Source: the human T2T-CHM13v2.0 reference genome, Homo sapiens. From it: a stretch of DNA of 64,000 nt. Shown piece after piece: positions 18,179 through 30,634 of this stretch. Positions within the stretch are counted from its first letter, which is position 1, and each line of letters begins with the position of its first letter. The notes beneath the pieces were generated by a model. That model ran no database searches. It was not told where the DNA came from and saw nothing but the letters and a program-made list of their open reading frames with translations. The stretch lies in the NCBI RefSeq assembly GCF_009914755.1, contig NC_060932.1. One strand, written 5' to 3'. The translations under genes and the position numbers were made by a program.

Positions 18179-20699
18179 GCTTGTGTACTTATGTACCATT
18201 TTTTTCCTACTATAAATGCTATTCTGGGCCTATCTCTGCTACCACATAGTTGACCTCAAAGTTTATCTCTACACCTTCTGGGTGGCAGTTCTCTCATCGA
18301 GAAAAAACAGTACTGGATAGAAGAGTAATTAGTTCTAACATTTTTTTTTCAGTAACCATTTTGGCCCTTCAAATAAAATCTTACATGAAGGCCCAATAAA
18401 AAGAGTCAAATAATTTTTTTAAAAGTAGCTTTGTTTTAAGGATACAGTGGCTCCCAAGTGGGTAAGGATGGGGAGCTTAAACTAGGGCACTGGAGGACCT
18501 AGTTTGAAAAAAAAACATTAGCAGAAATGTTATGATATCTGTAAATTATTTTAAAGTACTTCAGCAGATCTTATGTGTAAGAACATGCATATTATTTAGT
18601 TTAGCCTGTAACACAATGATTCTAGTATTTAATAAAGAATGCACAATCCAGAGATTGTCAATGAATGTGCTCTTCAAGATCCAGAGCTGGGTCCTGACCC
18701 TCAGGAAGCCTAGCCTTCACAAGTGGCTACTTCAACTGCTTTACTTGTATCTGGATCTATAACTGCTACTTCACTAATTAATAGACTGGATGTTGGAAAT
18801 GGGACATTTATTGATAAAAATAGTGGATTACTGACAAGAATGATAAATGTCAAAAATGGGTCCTTTTTAGGGAAATAAGAAATATTCAATCTATGTGTAC
18901 TGGCTAACCTATTTAGAAGATACTTCCCACGCATGCATGAATAGAAATGCAGGGAGGGTTTGTGGCCTACACCCTTGGAAAAGATGTCCTAATCTAAATC
19001 CCCAAAGATTCCCTTGTCCAGCCTTGGATTCGGGAGGATTCTGGTTGTCTGATTCAGCTGTCATGGTGACAGAGTCCTGCTTCTGGAATGTTGTTATGTC
19101 TGCTTCTAGAATATTGCTGTCTGCTTTAAGGGAACTTTTCTCACAATTTGTGATCATAGTGCCTAAAAGGACAGTGAGCTGAGATTTCCCTGAGACAACA
19201 GAATAGGTTGTATGAGTGGTTTGTGTTCTTGCTTTCTAAGGATTGCTTTGTATGTGAGGCAGAATTTAGACTGAGACCCTGTTTCATTATAACTGGAGTA
19301 AGGTTATAGGTGAAGTAACTAGCTCTGACTCACCTCATATTCATTGTTTGTCACTAGCAGAGACCAGAGTGTTGTTCATAATCAAGTTGGCTAAAGTCCA
19401 TTTTCTAAACTTCTTTGATTTGAAGAATAAGAGCACAGGAGCACAGTATTCATATATTACAAAATGACATTATTTAACTTTGACCCCAGTTTGATCGTTC
19501 ATGCCTACAATTTTCCTGCAATAATTGTTTTGATGGCAAGAGTACTTCCAGCATCACCTGACAGTTACTTTAAAGCATTTACTAGACATTAGAAAAAAGT
19601 ATGTGATCTTTCCTTCATAAATCTAATATGTATTGATGAGATAAGATACTTATGCAGAAAAAGTGTTTACAAAATATAAGGAGGTATATAATAAATGAAA
19701 AAAATAGAAAATAAATACAATAATGATGCAAACAGAGAGATGAATCTGTGACTATTTGACCAAGGAAGATATAAATATTGAAGCAGCTTTGTCATATACT
19801 TGAGATTTAGACAGGGTTTAATACAGGTATGAAATCACTTTAACCAGCCTTTAGGGACAAAGATGGGTTAGGTTGAGCTTATGAAGTGCCCTGAGATGCT
19901 AGCTAAAGAGCTCAGATTCTAGAATATTTTTGGTTTCAAGAAATTTGCCTTGTTTTGGGTGGGATGAAACTAAAACTTTTTGAAAGGGTAGCAACCCAGC
20001 CCCAATAAAGTGTTACTGGGAGGATATTACACTTCTAAGAAGTTTAGTCGACAGAAGGAAAATGAGCCTTCACACTGTAAGAGCTACCAGGAAGTTAGTC
20101 CCCTCCTCCTTTTTAGATACCTGCTAGGAAATAACATTTGGTCATTTTCCCAGAACTAAGTACAGGATGGGATTTTTAACTCAATCTGATCAGTGTTTTC
20201 CCAAGATAAGAAATTAACACTGAAGTTAATGAAGGGTCAGAGGTAAAGCATCCTCCCCTGAAAGACACTGAAATTTCAAATGTTTATGAAGTTTGCCTGT
20301 CTTCTCCTCCCTGTAACTCATCTCCTTCTTCCACCTCTCCCTAACCTCTGTTTTCCTATCTCATTAATCTTTTATGACCCTATCTTAAGTAGATGGGGCA
20401 AGGTTGTAAATTCCCCAACACTGCAATCAAATATACAAAGAAAATGTGAGTTTAAAATTTCTGTATAACTAGTCTGATCTCCATGAGTCCAAATTCTGTT
20501 GAGTAGATGACTTGGAGAGATCAATTTATTCCAGGTAGATTTATTCCAGCCAGGTATTCTCAGTCTGATTAGTTGAAAAATAAACTATTTATCTACTAAG
20601 GTGACACAAGTAATATGCAATATGTTAGAGTTCTTCTCTTTCTCTCCATGAAGTCAATTGTGATTATGGGAGGATGAAAATTTAAATAGCATCACAGCA

Positions 20700-21071
20700 A
20701 ATAACATGATTGTGTTAGTTGAAACCTTTGGGAAGTAGATGCTGAACCAGAGTAGGAGTTCAAGGGATTTATTGCAAGGCAAAGCCGTTGAAAACGAAAA
20801 GGTGGAGGAAGCAGGATTGGACATATGACACCTTGAAAAGAAAGATGGAAGGATGCTGGCCTGGGCAGGAAGACAAAGGCTCTGCCAATTCAACAGCAAG
20901 TTTTTGAGAAAAGAATGATTGTTAGAAGGATCCCACATTTGGCAGAAATAACCAGTCCCTGCTGCATTCAGTCATTGCTAGGGGCTACCCAGGAAGAGTG
21001 TTCTCTTGTTTCAAAAAGGTGATACCTAATCCATTATGCAAGCTGTCAGTTAACTGCACTTATTGCAACTG
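20700..21071. mobile_element. Old ERVL/MaLR-class LTR fragment (LTR16/LTR33-like), interrupted by L1MA
   Basis: 'agatgctgaaccagagtaggagttcaagggatttattg' resembles LTR16/33 motifs; subfamily uncertain. Confidence 0.4.
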
Positions 21072-21086
21072 AATGGAGAATTCTTT

Positions 21087-21844
21087 TTTATTTGATGGCT
21101 TACTAAGCACGTTTTATTTTAGTTTGGTTCATTTTCTAAGTTGACAGATGCAAAAATGTATACATTTGTGGCATACATCTTGATGTTTTGATACGTATCT
21201 ACCTCGTAGAATGATTAAATCAAGTTAACTAACATATCAATCATTTCACATACTTATTTGTGATAAAAACATTTGAAATCTACTCTTAACAATTTTTAAG
21301 TGTATTATACCTTATTATTAATTATAGTCACCATGCTGTACAATAGACCTCCGGAACTTATTTCTCCTGTATAACTGAAATTTTCTACCCTTTGACCAAC
21401 ATCTCCCCATTCCTTTCCCTCTCCCAAAGCTCCTGGAAACCACCATTCTACTTCCCACTTCTGTGAATTCAACATTTTTAGATACACTTAAGAGAGATGA
21501 TATTGTATTTGTCTTTTTGTTTCTGGTGTATTTCACTTAACATAATGTCCTCCAGATTCATCTATGTTAACACAAATAACAGAATCGTCTTCTTTTACGA
21601 GTCTGAATAGTATTTCATTGTGCATGTATACCATGTTTTCTTTGTCCACTCACGGAGACAAGTTGATTCCATATTTTGGCTATTGTGAATAATGCTGCAA
21701 TGAATATGGGGTGGGCGGGGGCAGATACTCATACAACATACTGATTTCATTTCCGTGGGATATATACTCAGTAGTAAGTGAGATTGCTAGATCATATGGA
21801 AATTCTATTTTAAATTTTTTAAAGGAATCTCCACACTGTTTCAA
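21087..21844 (-). mobile_element. L1MA 3' end, 5'-truncated
   Basis: Typical L1MA 3'UTR text; TSD aatggaga(a/g)ttcttt at 21072-21086 and 21845-21859. Confidence 0.88.
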
Positions 21845-22339
21845 AATGGAGAGTTCTTTCTTGAAGGTAGGTTGCTATCACAGGTTCTTTGGACTCTTGG
21901 GTTTTTATTGTTCTCTGCTTCAGTTGTTTTTCCTTTAACAGATGACACTGCTGAGGGGCAACTGGTAGCATTCTTAGGAAGTCTACTGCTCTTTCTTAAT
22001 GAGGCTGGCATAACTTGGGATCTTTTCTCCTTTGTCTTGGTCAGGACTTACTGATCTTTCCTAGGAATTTGGCCCTACCTTGGCTCTCAGTATGCTGTGT
22101 CATGCTCTGGTGAGATCCCCAGAGAGTTCTCAGCTAACTTTTACATACCCTCATGGGGACCCCATGGAAAGCCATGAATTCATTATCTATGGAATGCATT
22201 ATGTATGTAAACTTTTTCTTGGCATGAAAAATAGTTGAAAAATAAATGATTTATCTACTAAGGTGGCTCAGGTAGTATGCAATATGTTAGAGTTCTTTTT
22301 TGAACTTTTTTTTTGGTGCAAGTGCATTGAACTTTTTTT

Positions 22340-22481
22340 TACTGCAAACTTGTTCCAAATGTTCCATGAGATATATTTGCACCAAACAAACAAACAAACA
22401 AACCAAAAAGGGCTCATTGATTGATCTAAAACTCAAATCTAACTGGTGCTCTATATTTTCATTTGCTAAATCTGGCAACCC
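22340..22481. mobile_element. MER53-like hAT MITE, right half only
   Basis: Ends 'aactggtgctctatattttcatttgctaaatctggcaaccct'. Confidence 0.7.
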
Positions 22482-24079
22482 TAGAAAATAGTTCTGTATA
22501 ACTAAGCTCAGATTTTCTCTTTCCCTAATCACAGTGAATCACTCTATTTGGTTCAACTACTTCCAGGTTGCTGAGGGGAGAGCTTACCAGAAGATTGCCT
22601 TCCAACATCCAAAAAGAAGGAGGGCAGAGGCTCTTTTGCCTTTGGGTTGACAACCAACCTTTCTAGCCTATTTTTTCTCTCTCTGATTTTGTCCAGCACA
22701 AGGGAGCCCGGGAAAAAACTTCCAATCACCTATCTCCCTTTGTTTTCTCTCCCTTGTCTTCCAAACAATTTATTGGGATCACAAAGTGTAGGCTTTAAGC
22801 TATTTCCTGTATGTCATCATCAATTTCTTCTTATACCTGGCACTGTAATCTGGCTAATGAGCCTGCCTTTTTGTTGCATTCAAAAGAAAGTAGAAGAAAG
22901 TTTAGAAAATCCTTTCTTCCTCAACACAGTTCAGACATCATTACTTTTGTCATGCTAATGAAATCAAGGATATCACCTTTCATGCATTCATTCATCCATT
23001 TAATAAGTTTTAGGCACATACCATGTGCTGGACACTCTTCTACTTGCAAAGACAGAGCAGTGAACATAAAAACAAGGTCACCCCTCGCATGTAGCTTAGA
23101 ATCTAGAGAATTTAAGACTCAAAGCTGATGAAGGAACACTTGTTCTAGGCAGTCCCGGCCCTCCATTTTCCTAAAGTAATTAGTCTCATGATTCTACTTG
23201 GTGGTATAAGATTACATGAAAACATTAACAGCAGGGGGCAAAGGGGGGATGAAAAACAGGGATCTGGTAGTTGGAAAAAATCTGGTTCAGAGAAATAACC
23301 TCCCTTTATGGGTGATATCACAGCCTTTATGTGTAACTGGCAAGCCCAAGGCATAGTTAAAAAGGAGAGTTATTTGTAAAAATAAATAAATAAATAATAA
23401 GAATAAAAAGGGATTGAGAAAATTGGAAAAAACAGAGGATCTGTAATCCTTGGTGGAAACAAATGTTCAATAATTTCATTAGGTGTAACTTAATGTCACC
23501 AGAACCATAAATTACCTAGTGGAAATTTTAGTGTTTCACACTTAGCTTCGATTCAATTATCTATTGAGTTATGCAATGACTATTACTGACTGTGTGCTAA
23601 GGAGAGTGAAAAGCTCTGATGTCATAGTTATGTATGAAACATGCCCTCTCTGCCCTAAAAGGGTTCAAGGAGTGGGAAGGAGACCTATACAAATTGCTAA
23701 AATAATAAAAAAATACAATGGAGGTATGAAACAAGGTCACTGGTAGCGCTTATGTGTGCTTACAGATTCAGAGCAGTCTTCACATAGGTGGTAATGCTTG
23801 TTTCCTCATGTAGAAGGGTACAACTCTTCTAGCTGACAGGAATGAAAAGCATTGCGAACAGAAAGATTAGACTTTCCAAAGGTCTAAGGAACCTGTAAGT
23901 AGTTCTGTATAATTACAGGGGAGTTATGTAGGTTTTATGTCAGAAAAAAAAAAAAAGATAGGCCACATGAAAAGTTCAAAATTTTTCCTAAAAGTAATGG
24001 GTAGCTAAAATCTAGTTCTGAGCTGGGAAGTAATATAAATATATATTTTTGCAGAAACACTCAGACAAAGTACTCACCA

Positions 24080-24266
24080 TAATAGTTCTCAAACTGTAGT
24101 ATGCATCCGAACCACCGGAAGGGCTAGCTAACCCAGGGTTTGCTGAGCCTTACTCCCAGGATTTCTGATTCGCTATGTCTGGATGAGACCTGAGAAAACA
24201 ATTTGTAACAAGTTCTCAGGTGATGCTGATGTTGCACATCTCGGGACTATACCTTGAGAACTCCTG
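24080..24266. mobile_element. MER5A (hAT-Charlie)
   Basis: 'tagttctcaaactgtagtatgcatc...aacaagttctcaggtgatgctgatg...ttgagaac'. Confidence 0.85.
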
Positions 24267-24444
24267 GGAAAGAAAATAGAATGGAGGCAGGCAGGACCAA
24301 ACCAGAGGCTATAACTCAAAGCCATCTCTCCTTTTTATAGAAAATGTTTACTTAATCCTCTCAATAACCTTTAACAAAGTTAGTGTTTGCCATCAGTGAG
24401 TTTTTTACATTATTATTCCTTTTCTAAAGAAATACATCATCTAC

Positions 24445-24745
24445 TTTTCTTTTTGAGACGGAGGCTCACTCTGTCACCCAGGCTGGAGTGCAGTGGTGCT
24501 ATCTCTGCTCACTACAACCTCTGCCTCCTGGGTTCAAGCGATTCTCCCTGTCTCAGCCTCCCTAGTAGCGGGGATTACAGGTGCCCCAGGCGCCCATCAC
24601 CATGCCCGGCTAATTTTTGTATTTTTAGTAGAGATGGGGTTTCGCCATGTTGACCAGGCTGATCTCAAACTCCTGACCTCAGGCGATCTGCTCGCCTTGG
24701 CCTCCCAAAGTGCTGGGATTACAGGCATGAGCCACTGCGCCTGGC
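24445..24745 (-). mobile_element. AluSx/Sz-like
   Basis: Full Alu; TSD catcatctac. Confidence 0.97.
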
Positions 24746-25015
24746 CCATCATCTACATTTTTAGAGGTTAGAGTAAGAGGGGAATTTTTTTCAAAAAACA
24801 TGCATATAAACATATGCGTGTGTGTGTATTCAATTCGTTTTTCCTTTTTTTTTTCTTTTTCTTTTTTACTGTTAGAAGGGAGCACCACATGGGTGAAAGT
24901 AAGGACCAAGGTTAAAAATGATGTTTCCTTTATGGCCCATGAATTTGCTGGGTGCTTCAATACACCTTTTAGCTTTCTTGAGGGTTAGCTGTGCTTAAAC
25001 TGTGAAGTCAGGGAA

Positions 25016-25080
25016 TGATGTCACGCTAAGCCCACTCCCCTCACCCCAACACACGTACAAAAACCCAGTGTGCACGTGAT
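25016..25080. promoter_or_regulatory. Candidate enhancer motif cluster (CRE-like + E-box)
   Basis: TGATGTCA 25016-25023, CACCC box, CACGTG 25073-25078; retained CpGs. Confidence 0.3.
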
Positions 25081-26328
25081 TCCTCTCCTCTCATCTGTCA
25101 GGAACCTAGAGAAGCCTTTGTTCTTCTGAGTGGGTGGGCTCCTTGGAGATCATTAAACCTTAGTGACCTTTGCTTCCCATAGAAGAGTATACCCTGCCAG
25201 GCTGTGAGACCAGAACACTTGCTTCCTTGCTTCCCATCTGCAAGGACAGTCCTGGTTCCATGAGCCTGGAGTACATAGCTGCTCCTTATATTACTTGAAA
25301 GGGAAAGAATGACGAAAACCACTTGTACCAGATGCAGTTCAGCCCTGACAATCTGGCTTATGGAGTCTGGTCCTTGCCTGGAAGATTCTGCATGCAAATG
25401 CTTACTGGACTTTTCAATCTCCCTGTTCAGGGCTTACACGTGAACCACTTTCGATGTCTTTTTGACTGCTTCTGGATGTTATTAGCTGAATCGTTTTTAA
25501 TCAGATATTGGCAGGCATATTACCATCACTCTGCCAGTTAGAAACTGGTTAGACACTATAAAGCAAAAGTCAGTTATCTAACGCAGCTGTGATGTGGTAG
25601 AAAGAGTACTGGAATTGCAGTTTTACAAAGCTGGTTGTGAGTCCTAAACCTGCCCAATAATTTAGTTGAGAGAATTTGGGCATGTGACTGAGCCACTTCA
25701 TTTTCTTCCTCTGTTCAAAGGGCACAGTAATACTTCCATCACAGTGTGAAGGCACATTCAGTGGGAGAATACAAGGGAATGCATATGATGTAATATACAA
25801 TGTATAATGTATCCTATATTATGTACTATGTATTATACATTATAGAAATATTACATCATCCATCTTTCACTCTCAAACTCACTATGACCACCTAATCCTA
25901 GCCACCATTTCCTTCCTTATGTTAGAAGGCACACTGGTAGTTACATCTAATTAAAGACTCAGTGAAAGGCTCCATGTAAAATCACTTTGTAAATTATAAA
26001 ATGAGGCATATATCACGAGTGTTATTAGTACTTTAATATCTTAAAACATAATATGAATAATTATATGTTATGTGTTCTGTTATATAGTAGATATATATTA
26101 TGTGCCATATATTATATGTTATCTATTATACATTGATACCTATAATATATTATTTATTATATTTTATTAATGTATTATCTATTATATATGAGGGCATATT
26201 GTATATGCATGGTTACTTTTATTGTTGTTATTTGATATAATTATAGTATATTTTTCGGGCAATCTGACCATGAGATGAGGGAAAATGATTTTAAAGTAGC
26301 TTTTACTTTTTAAAATAATAATACTATT

Positions 26329-26610
26329 TCTCAGCAAACTATCGCAAGGACAAAAAACCAAACACCGCATGTTCTCACTCATAGGTGGGAATTGAACAAT
26401 GAGAACACATGGACACAGGAAGGGGAACATCACACACCAGGGCCTGTTATGGGGTGGGGGGAGCGGGGAGGGATAGCATTAGGAGATATACCTAATGTAA
26501 ATGATGAGTTAATGGGTGCAGCACACCAACATGGCACATGTATACATATGTAACAAACCTGCACATTGTGCACATGTACCCTAAAACTTAAAGTATAATA
26601 ATAAAAAAAA
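26329..26610 (+). mobile_element. L1PA4/5-type 3' end (~280 bp, 5'-truncated) followed by a candidate 3' transduction
   Basis: 'gcacatgtaccctaaaacttaaagtataataataaaaaaaa'; TT/AAAA site; TSD aataataatactatt at 26314-26328 and 26665-26679. Confidence 0.95.
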
Positions 26611-26848
26611 GACATAGTGGTAAGTTATACTTTTCATGAATTAAACTACAGTAATAGAAAAAATAATAATAATACTATTGTTGAGATAAAAAGTTAGTGA
26701 GCATAAGCAAATACTTTTATAAGCTGTGTGAACATATAATTTTACTAATGGTAGCAGAGTCTGATGAGCAGAGAGATTTGCAGAATCATTTTGTTGTATC
26801 TTATGAAAACTATTCAAAAAGTAATATTCTAAAAAGAGTGTGCTTCAG

Positions 26849-26985
26849 TCTACAAATTGGGTTCAGTGTACACCACTCAGGTGATAGTTGCATCACAATC
26901 TACAGATCATCACTCAAGAACTTATTCATGTAACCAAATACCACCTGTTCCCCAAAAATCGATGGAAATAAAAAATTTAAAAAAA
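26849..26985 (+). mobile_element. L1PB-type 3' end
   Basis: 'ctacaaattgggttcagtgtacac...gaacttattcatgtaaccaaataccacctgttccccaaaaa' plus A tail. Confidence 0.8.
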
Positions 26986-27479
26986 GAACATGTCTTCAAA
27001 GCATATGCAAAATAACAGTAAAATGCCAACCATAAATAAATAAATAAAAAGATTGGGCTTCTATAATTCCTATCACTTACAAAGTCATGGAGATTAGTTA
27101 AAATGAATTTGTTCTAAAAGTTTTTATTCATATGGATCTGCCTCCAGACTCAGCTTGAGTGGACTTTGAAGTTAATTATCCCCTTGTACTTTACTTATCC
27201 TCATTCATGTGTGGTGTGCACTATAATTTATAACTTGATGTTTGATGAGTTAAGGTCCCTCAACCTTCTGTGTTGTCTCTCCACCATTAAGGTACGCAGT
27301 CAACAGGTGGTAGCAGGGGCCTACAAATCTTTTGTAAGGGAAAAGATCCATTCATTTTCTGGTATTATTACAAAAGCAAGAACATCTTTATTGAAACAGC
27401 TGACATAGAAATTATTAAGCTATAAAACTAAACCTTATATAAATTTCTGCCATCTATCTATATACAAGAGTTAGAAACA

Positions 27480-28190
27480 TCAGGCATTATCTTTGACATT
27501 TTTCTCCACTTCAGGTCATGTGGAATTTATTGCTGAAAGCCGTCAGTTTTCCTATCTAGGTGTTTATAGTCCACCCTCTTCTTTCAGTCTCCCCTATGGC
27601 CACCAAATCTGGCTACTATGGCCTCCATCTGGCCTGCAGCAGTCATCTGCTGAATGTTCTCCTATCATTCACTCTGTTCTTCTCAGTGCAGTGACCTTTT
27701 TACCCCAGAAATATGCCCTTTGAAGGCTTGTCTCTGTTCTTAGGACAAAACCCCAAACCTTTAACTCAGTCTGCAAGCCTTTGAATTGTCTTCCCTGCCT
27801 ACCTGGGAGTATCGCCTGAGCAACTGGCTCATCCTCATTCTGTATTCCTGCAATCATTATTTTCTCCAATTGCTTCTACGGGCCAAAGCCACTCCTCTTC
27901 TGCCATTTGCTTTGTACCTGCTTCTTTCTCTGCCTGTAGGGATCCCCTACCTCAACCCCCTTTATATCTGACTGATACCTATTCAGCCTTCACATTTCCT
28001 CTCATGTGTCACTTCCATAGGATGGCGCCCCTAAACTCCCAAGACAATTAAGGGCCCCTTGTTAATGAACTCATATAACCAACTGCATCACTCTCATCAC
28101 CCCTGCATCTCATCTAATTAATTATAGACTAACAAACTATTCCTATTCAGTGTGTATCTCCAGTACAAAACAAAGTGTCTGATTGGAACC
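27480..28190 (+). mobile_element. L2 fragment
   Basis: Pyrimidine-rich L2 3' region motifs ('cttaggacaaaaccccaaacc', 'tcacttccatagg'). Confidence 0.6.
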
Positions 28191-28984
28191 ATCTTGGGCA
28201 AGTAAGGATGAGCTGGTCACTCTAGTGTGCACTAAGAAATGTGGTTTTTAAATGAAGTTTAAGGAGCAGAGAGCTCTTTTGCTCAATCTCCTGCTTTTGT
28301 TAACAATCCTTAATTATTAAGGTCCTAAATCCATCTCTTTTTTTCCTTCAAATTTAACAAATGAAATAGTTTATTTCTACAGTTAATTTCTTTTGTGTCA
28401 CTTTCATAAATTTTTACGGAATTCTCAGACTGAGGTTTCAGTTTGTCAACTGGTAGAATTTATTAGGAAGTAATTTTTAATAAAATCTAGTACTGCCACG
28501 AAGAAGAAAGTTCATGTTTTAGTTCTGCCACTCGCTATATGATCTTAAAAAGACTCAATATACTCTCTCATCTATGGACCTAAGACTAAATTTAAAGGAT
28601 TGTAATAGCAATCAGATACCATCATATATGTAAAATACCTAGAATAGCATTTGCCATATAGTAGATGTTGAATGCATTTATGATTCCCTCTTAAATCAAG
28701 AAGTTTCCTGACTAGAAAAGTGAAAACACTGCTTCCTTTCACTTTGTTCATTTATGAGAGCTATACGTTCACTTACATAGAGCACAGTATTTCTCTTTGT
28801 TGCTCACTATCAACTTGAAACCGTTGTGATTTGCAAAGAAGTCTTTATGTATCATTGCCCAGGGAATGTTTTGAATGAATTTTTTTTTGTTTTCTTCAAA
28901 GACATATGTAAAGCGGTTTGGTGCTTTTAGGAAATTTTATTAGTAGATGTTCAATTTTCATTAAGACACGATACACATGATGGG

Positions 28985-29200
28985 GCAGAAGGCCACGTGC
29001 CAGCTGCAGAGAGAGCAAGCCCTTCTCTGTTTCAGGTGAAAGCTCGTGCTTTTGTTTCCATGAGACTTCAAGGGGAGGTTCTGTGGCAGTATTTATTTGG
29101 CTTATGGTAACCTCTCAGATGTATTGCATCTGCTCTGTAGTAAAGGATGTGGGCTCCCTTTTGGTGACTTGCTGCCTGACTCAGACAACAGGCATGTTTG
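28985..29200. promoter_or_regulatory. Candidate enhancer (E-boxes, AP-1, p53 half-site)
   Basis: CACGTG 28994-28999, CAGCTG 29001-29006, TGACTCA 29177-29183, AGGCATGTTT 29190-29199 in non-repeat DNA. Confidence 0.3.
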
Positions 29201-29561
29201 TATTCCTCAGCTTTGATCTTTTCTGCCTGGTATCTAAATGAAGCCTTTCTTGTGCCTTCAAAGCTAAATGGCTTGTTTGGTTTCCAGTTACTAAACAGCT
29301 CTGCTCCTGCTACTACTGGGGTTCCCCTATCCTTGATTCTATTCTAACACCTTCAGTTGGAGAGCTGCAGGGATCCAAGCCAAAGTATAACTAACATGTA
29401 ATAAATCTAATACCATGTGCAAGAGAGGGCACTAGTGCTTCCTGGGGTTGTGCACGCCAAGATTCAACTTAACCCTATGGTGGGACCTCGGAGTTGAGGT
29501 TAGAGGGTCAATAGGAAAAGAGAAAATGAAAGAAACCTTGATGTTCTCAAAAGAATGCTTA

Positions 29562-29780
29562 GCACTGTGGCTAAGGGTATGGATGCTGGATTTTAACAGC
29601 CTGGGCTGTGAACAATTGTTGCCAAGCCTGAGATTTCCTGTCTATGAATGAAGAGTGATGATAGTACTTACCTACCTTATTGTGAGTGTTAAATGAGAAA
29701 ATAGAAATAAAATGCTTAGGACAGCATTGCACACATAGCCGTGACTCAGGGAATACTACCTTTCGGTTATTAGTAGTAGT
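29562..29780 (+). mobile_element. MIR SINE
   Basis: 'agcactgtggctaagggtatgga...tacttacctaccttattgtgagtgttaaatgag...aaatgcttaggacagc'. Confidence 0.7.
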
Positions 29781-30577
29781 TATGTGCATTTTTATCCATC
29801 CTTAATGTCCAAAAGAAATGGTCTCTCCCATTCTCTATCTAGGGAAATTGAATTTATTCATAAAAATCAAATTCAAATATCTATTGCTGTGAATATTCTC
29901 CAATAGCCTTGTCATCGTTCATAGCAGGTACTCGAGCTACGCAAATAAAAACACAGTGTGCTTTAAAGGATTATTTAGTCTCTTTTCATTCTTCCTAAAA
30001 CTCATTATTTATAGTTTGATTACAGGACAAATTGTAGTCTGAATCAGTTATTTGGTTAACTGGCTAGTATATGAGACTCTGAGCTCTTTGAGGTAAGGGC
30101 CCTGGTACCTCCTACCACTGCATCTCAGCTCCTGCTACAGATACTTGACCATAAAGAACAGTATAGTACAGTGACTAAGTGCTCACGGCCAACACTTTAC
30201 AGCTATGCTTTGAGCTGCTGCAAGCTGCAAAAGATTTCTTTTCCTCAGTTTCCTCACCTGAGAAATAGGGATAATGAAACTTGATGCTTGTCAGCTATAA
30301 GAAGAAAGAAAGATAACATGTACAAAGTACCTAAAACATATCACCTGCTCAGTTAACTGTTGCCAATATTACAATAATATAGACGAATGGCTTGAGTCCT
30401 AGGATTCTGGTAACTGCTGTGTCCTTTGATCACTACTTTGGGTTCCAGTTCTATTCTACTTTCCTATTTTGTACTATATTTAATCTATTAATTTCATTGT
30501 GCTATATAGAAGGAGAGAGTACAATAACTTCTAAATAAGTAATTGAACAATGAAGATGTAGGAATTTTTGGATGTCT

Positions 30578-30634
30578 CTGTGTGTGTGTGTGTGTGTGCG
30601 TGTGTGTATATATATATGTGTGTGTGTGTGTGTG
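30578..30634. repeat. Compound (TG)n(TA)n(TG)n microsatellite
   Basis: Direct reading. Confidence 0.95.

Noticed and set aside
26329-26610. Idea that this L1 3' end is the missing tail of the 10-15 kb L1 displaced by inversion
   Set aside because: It has its own TSD pair and older (L1PA4/5-like) diagnostics, so it is an independent insertion.
28011-28030. Second CTCF-like motif ccataggatggcgc
   Set aside because: Three core mismatches and located inside L2.
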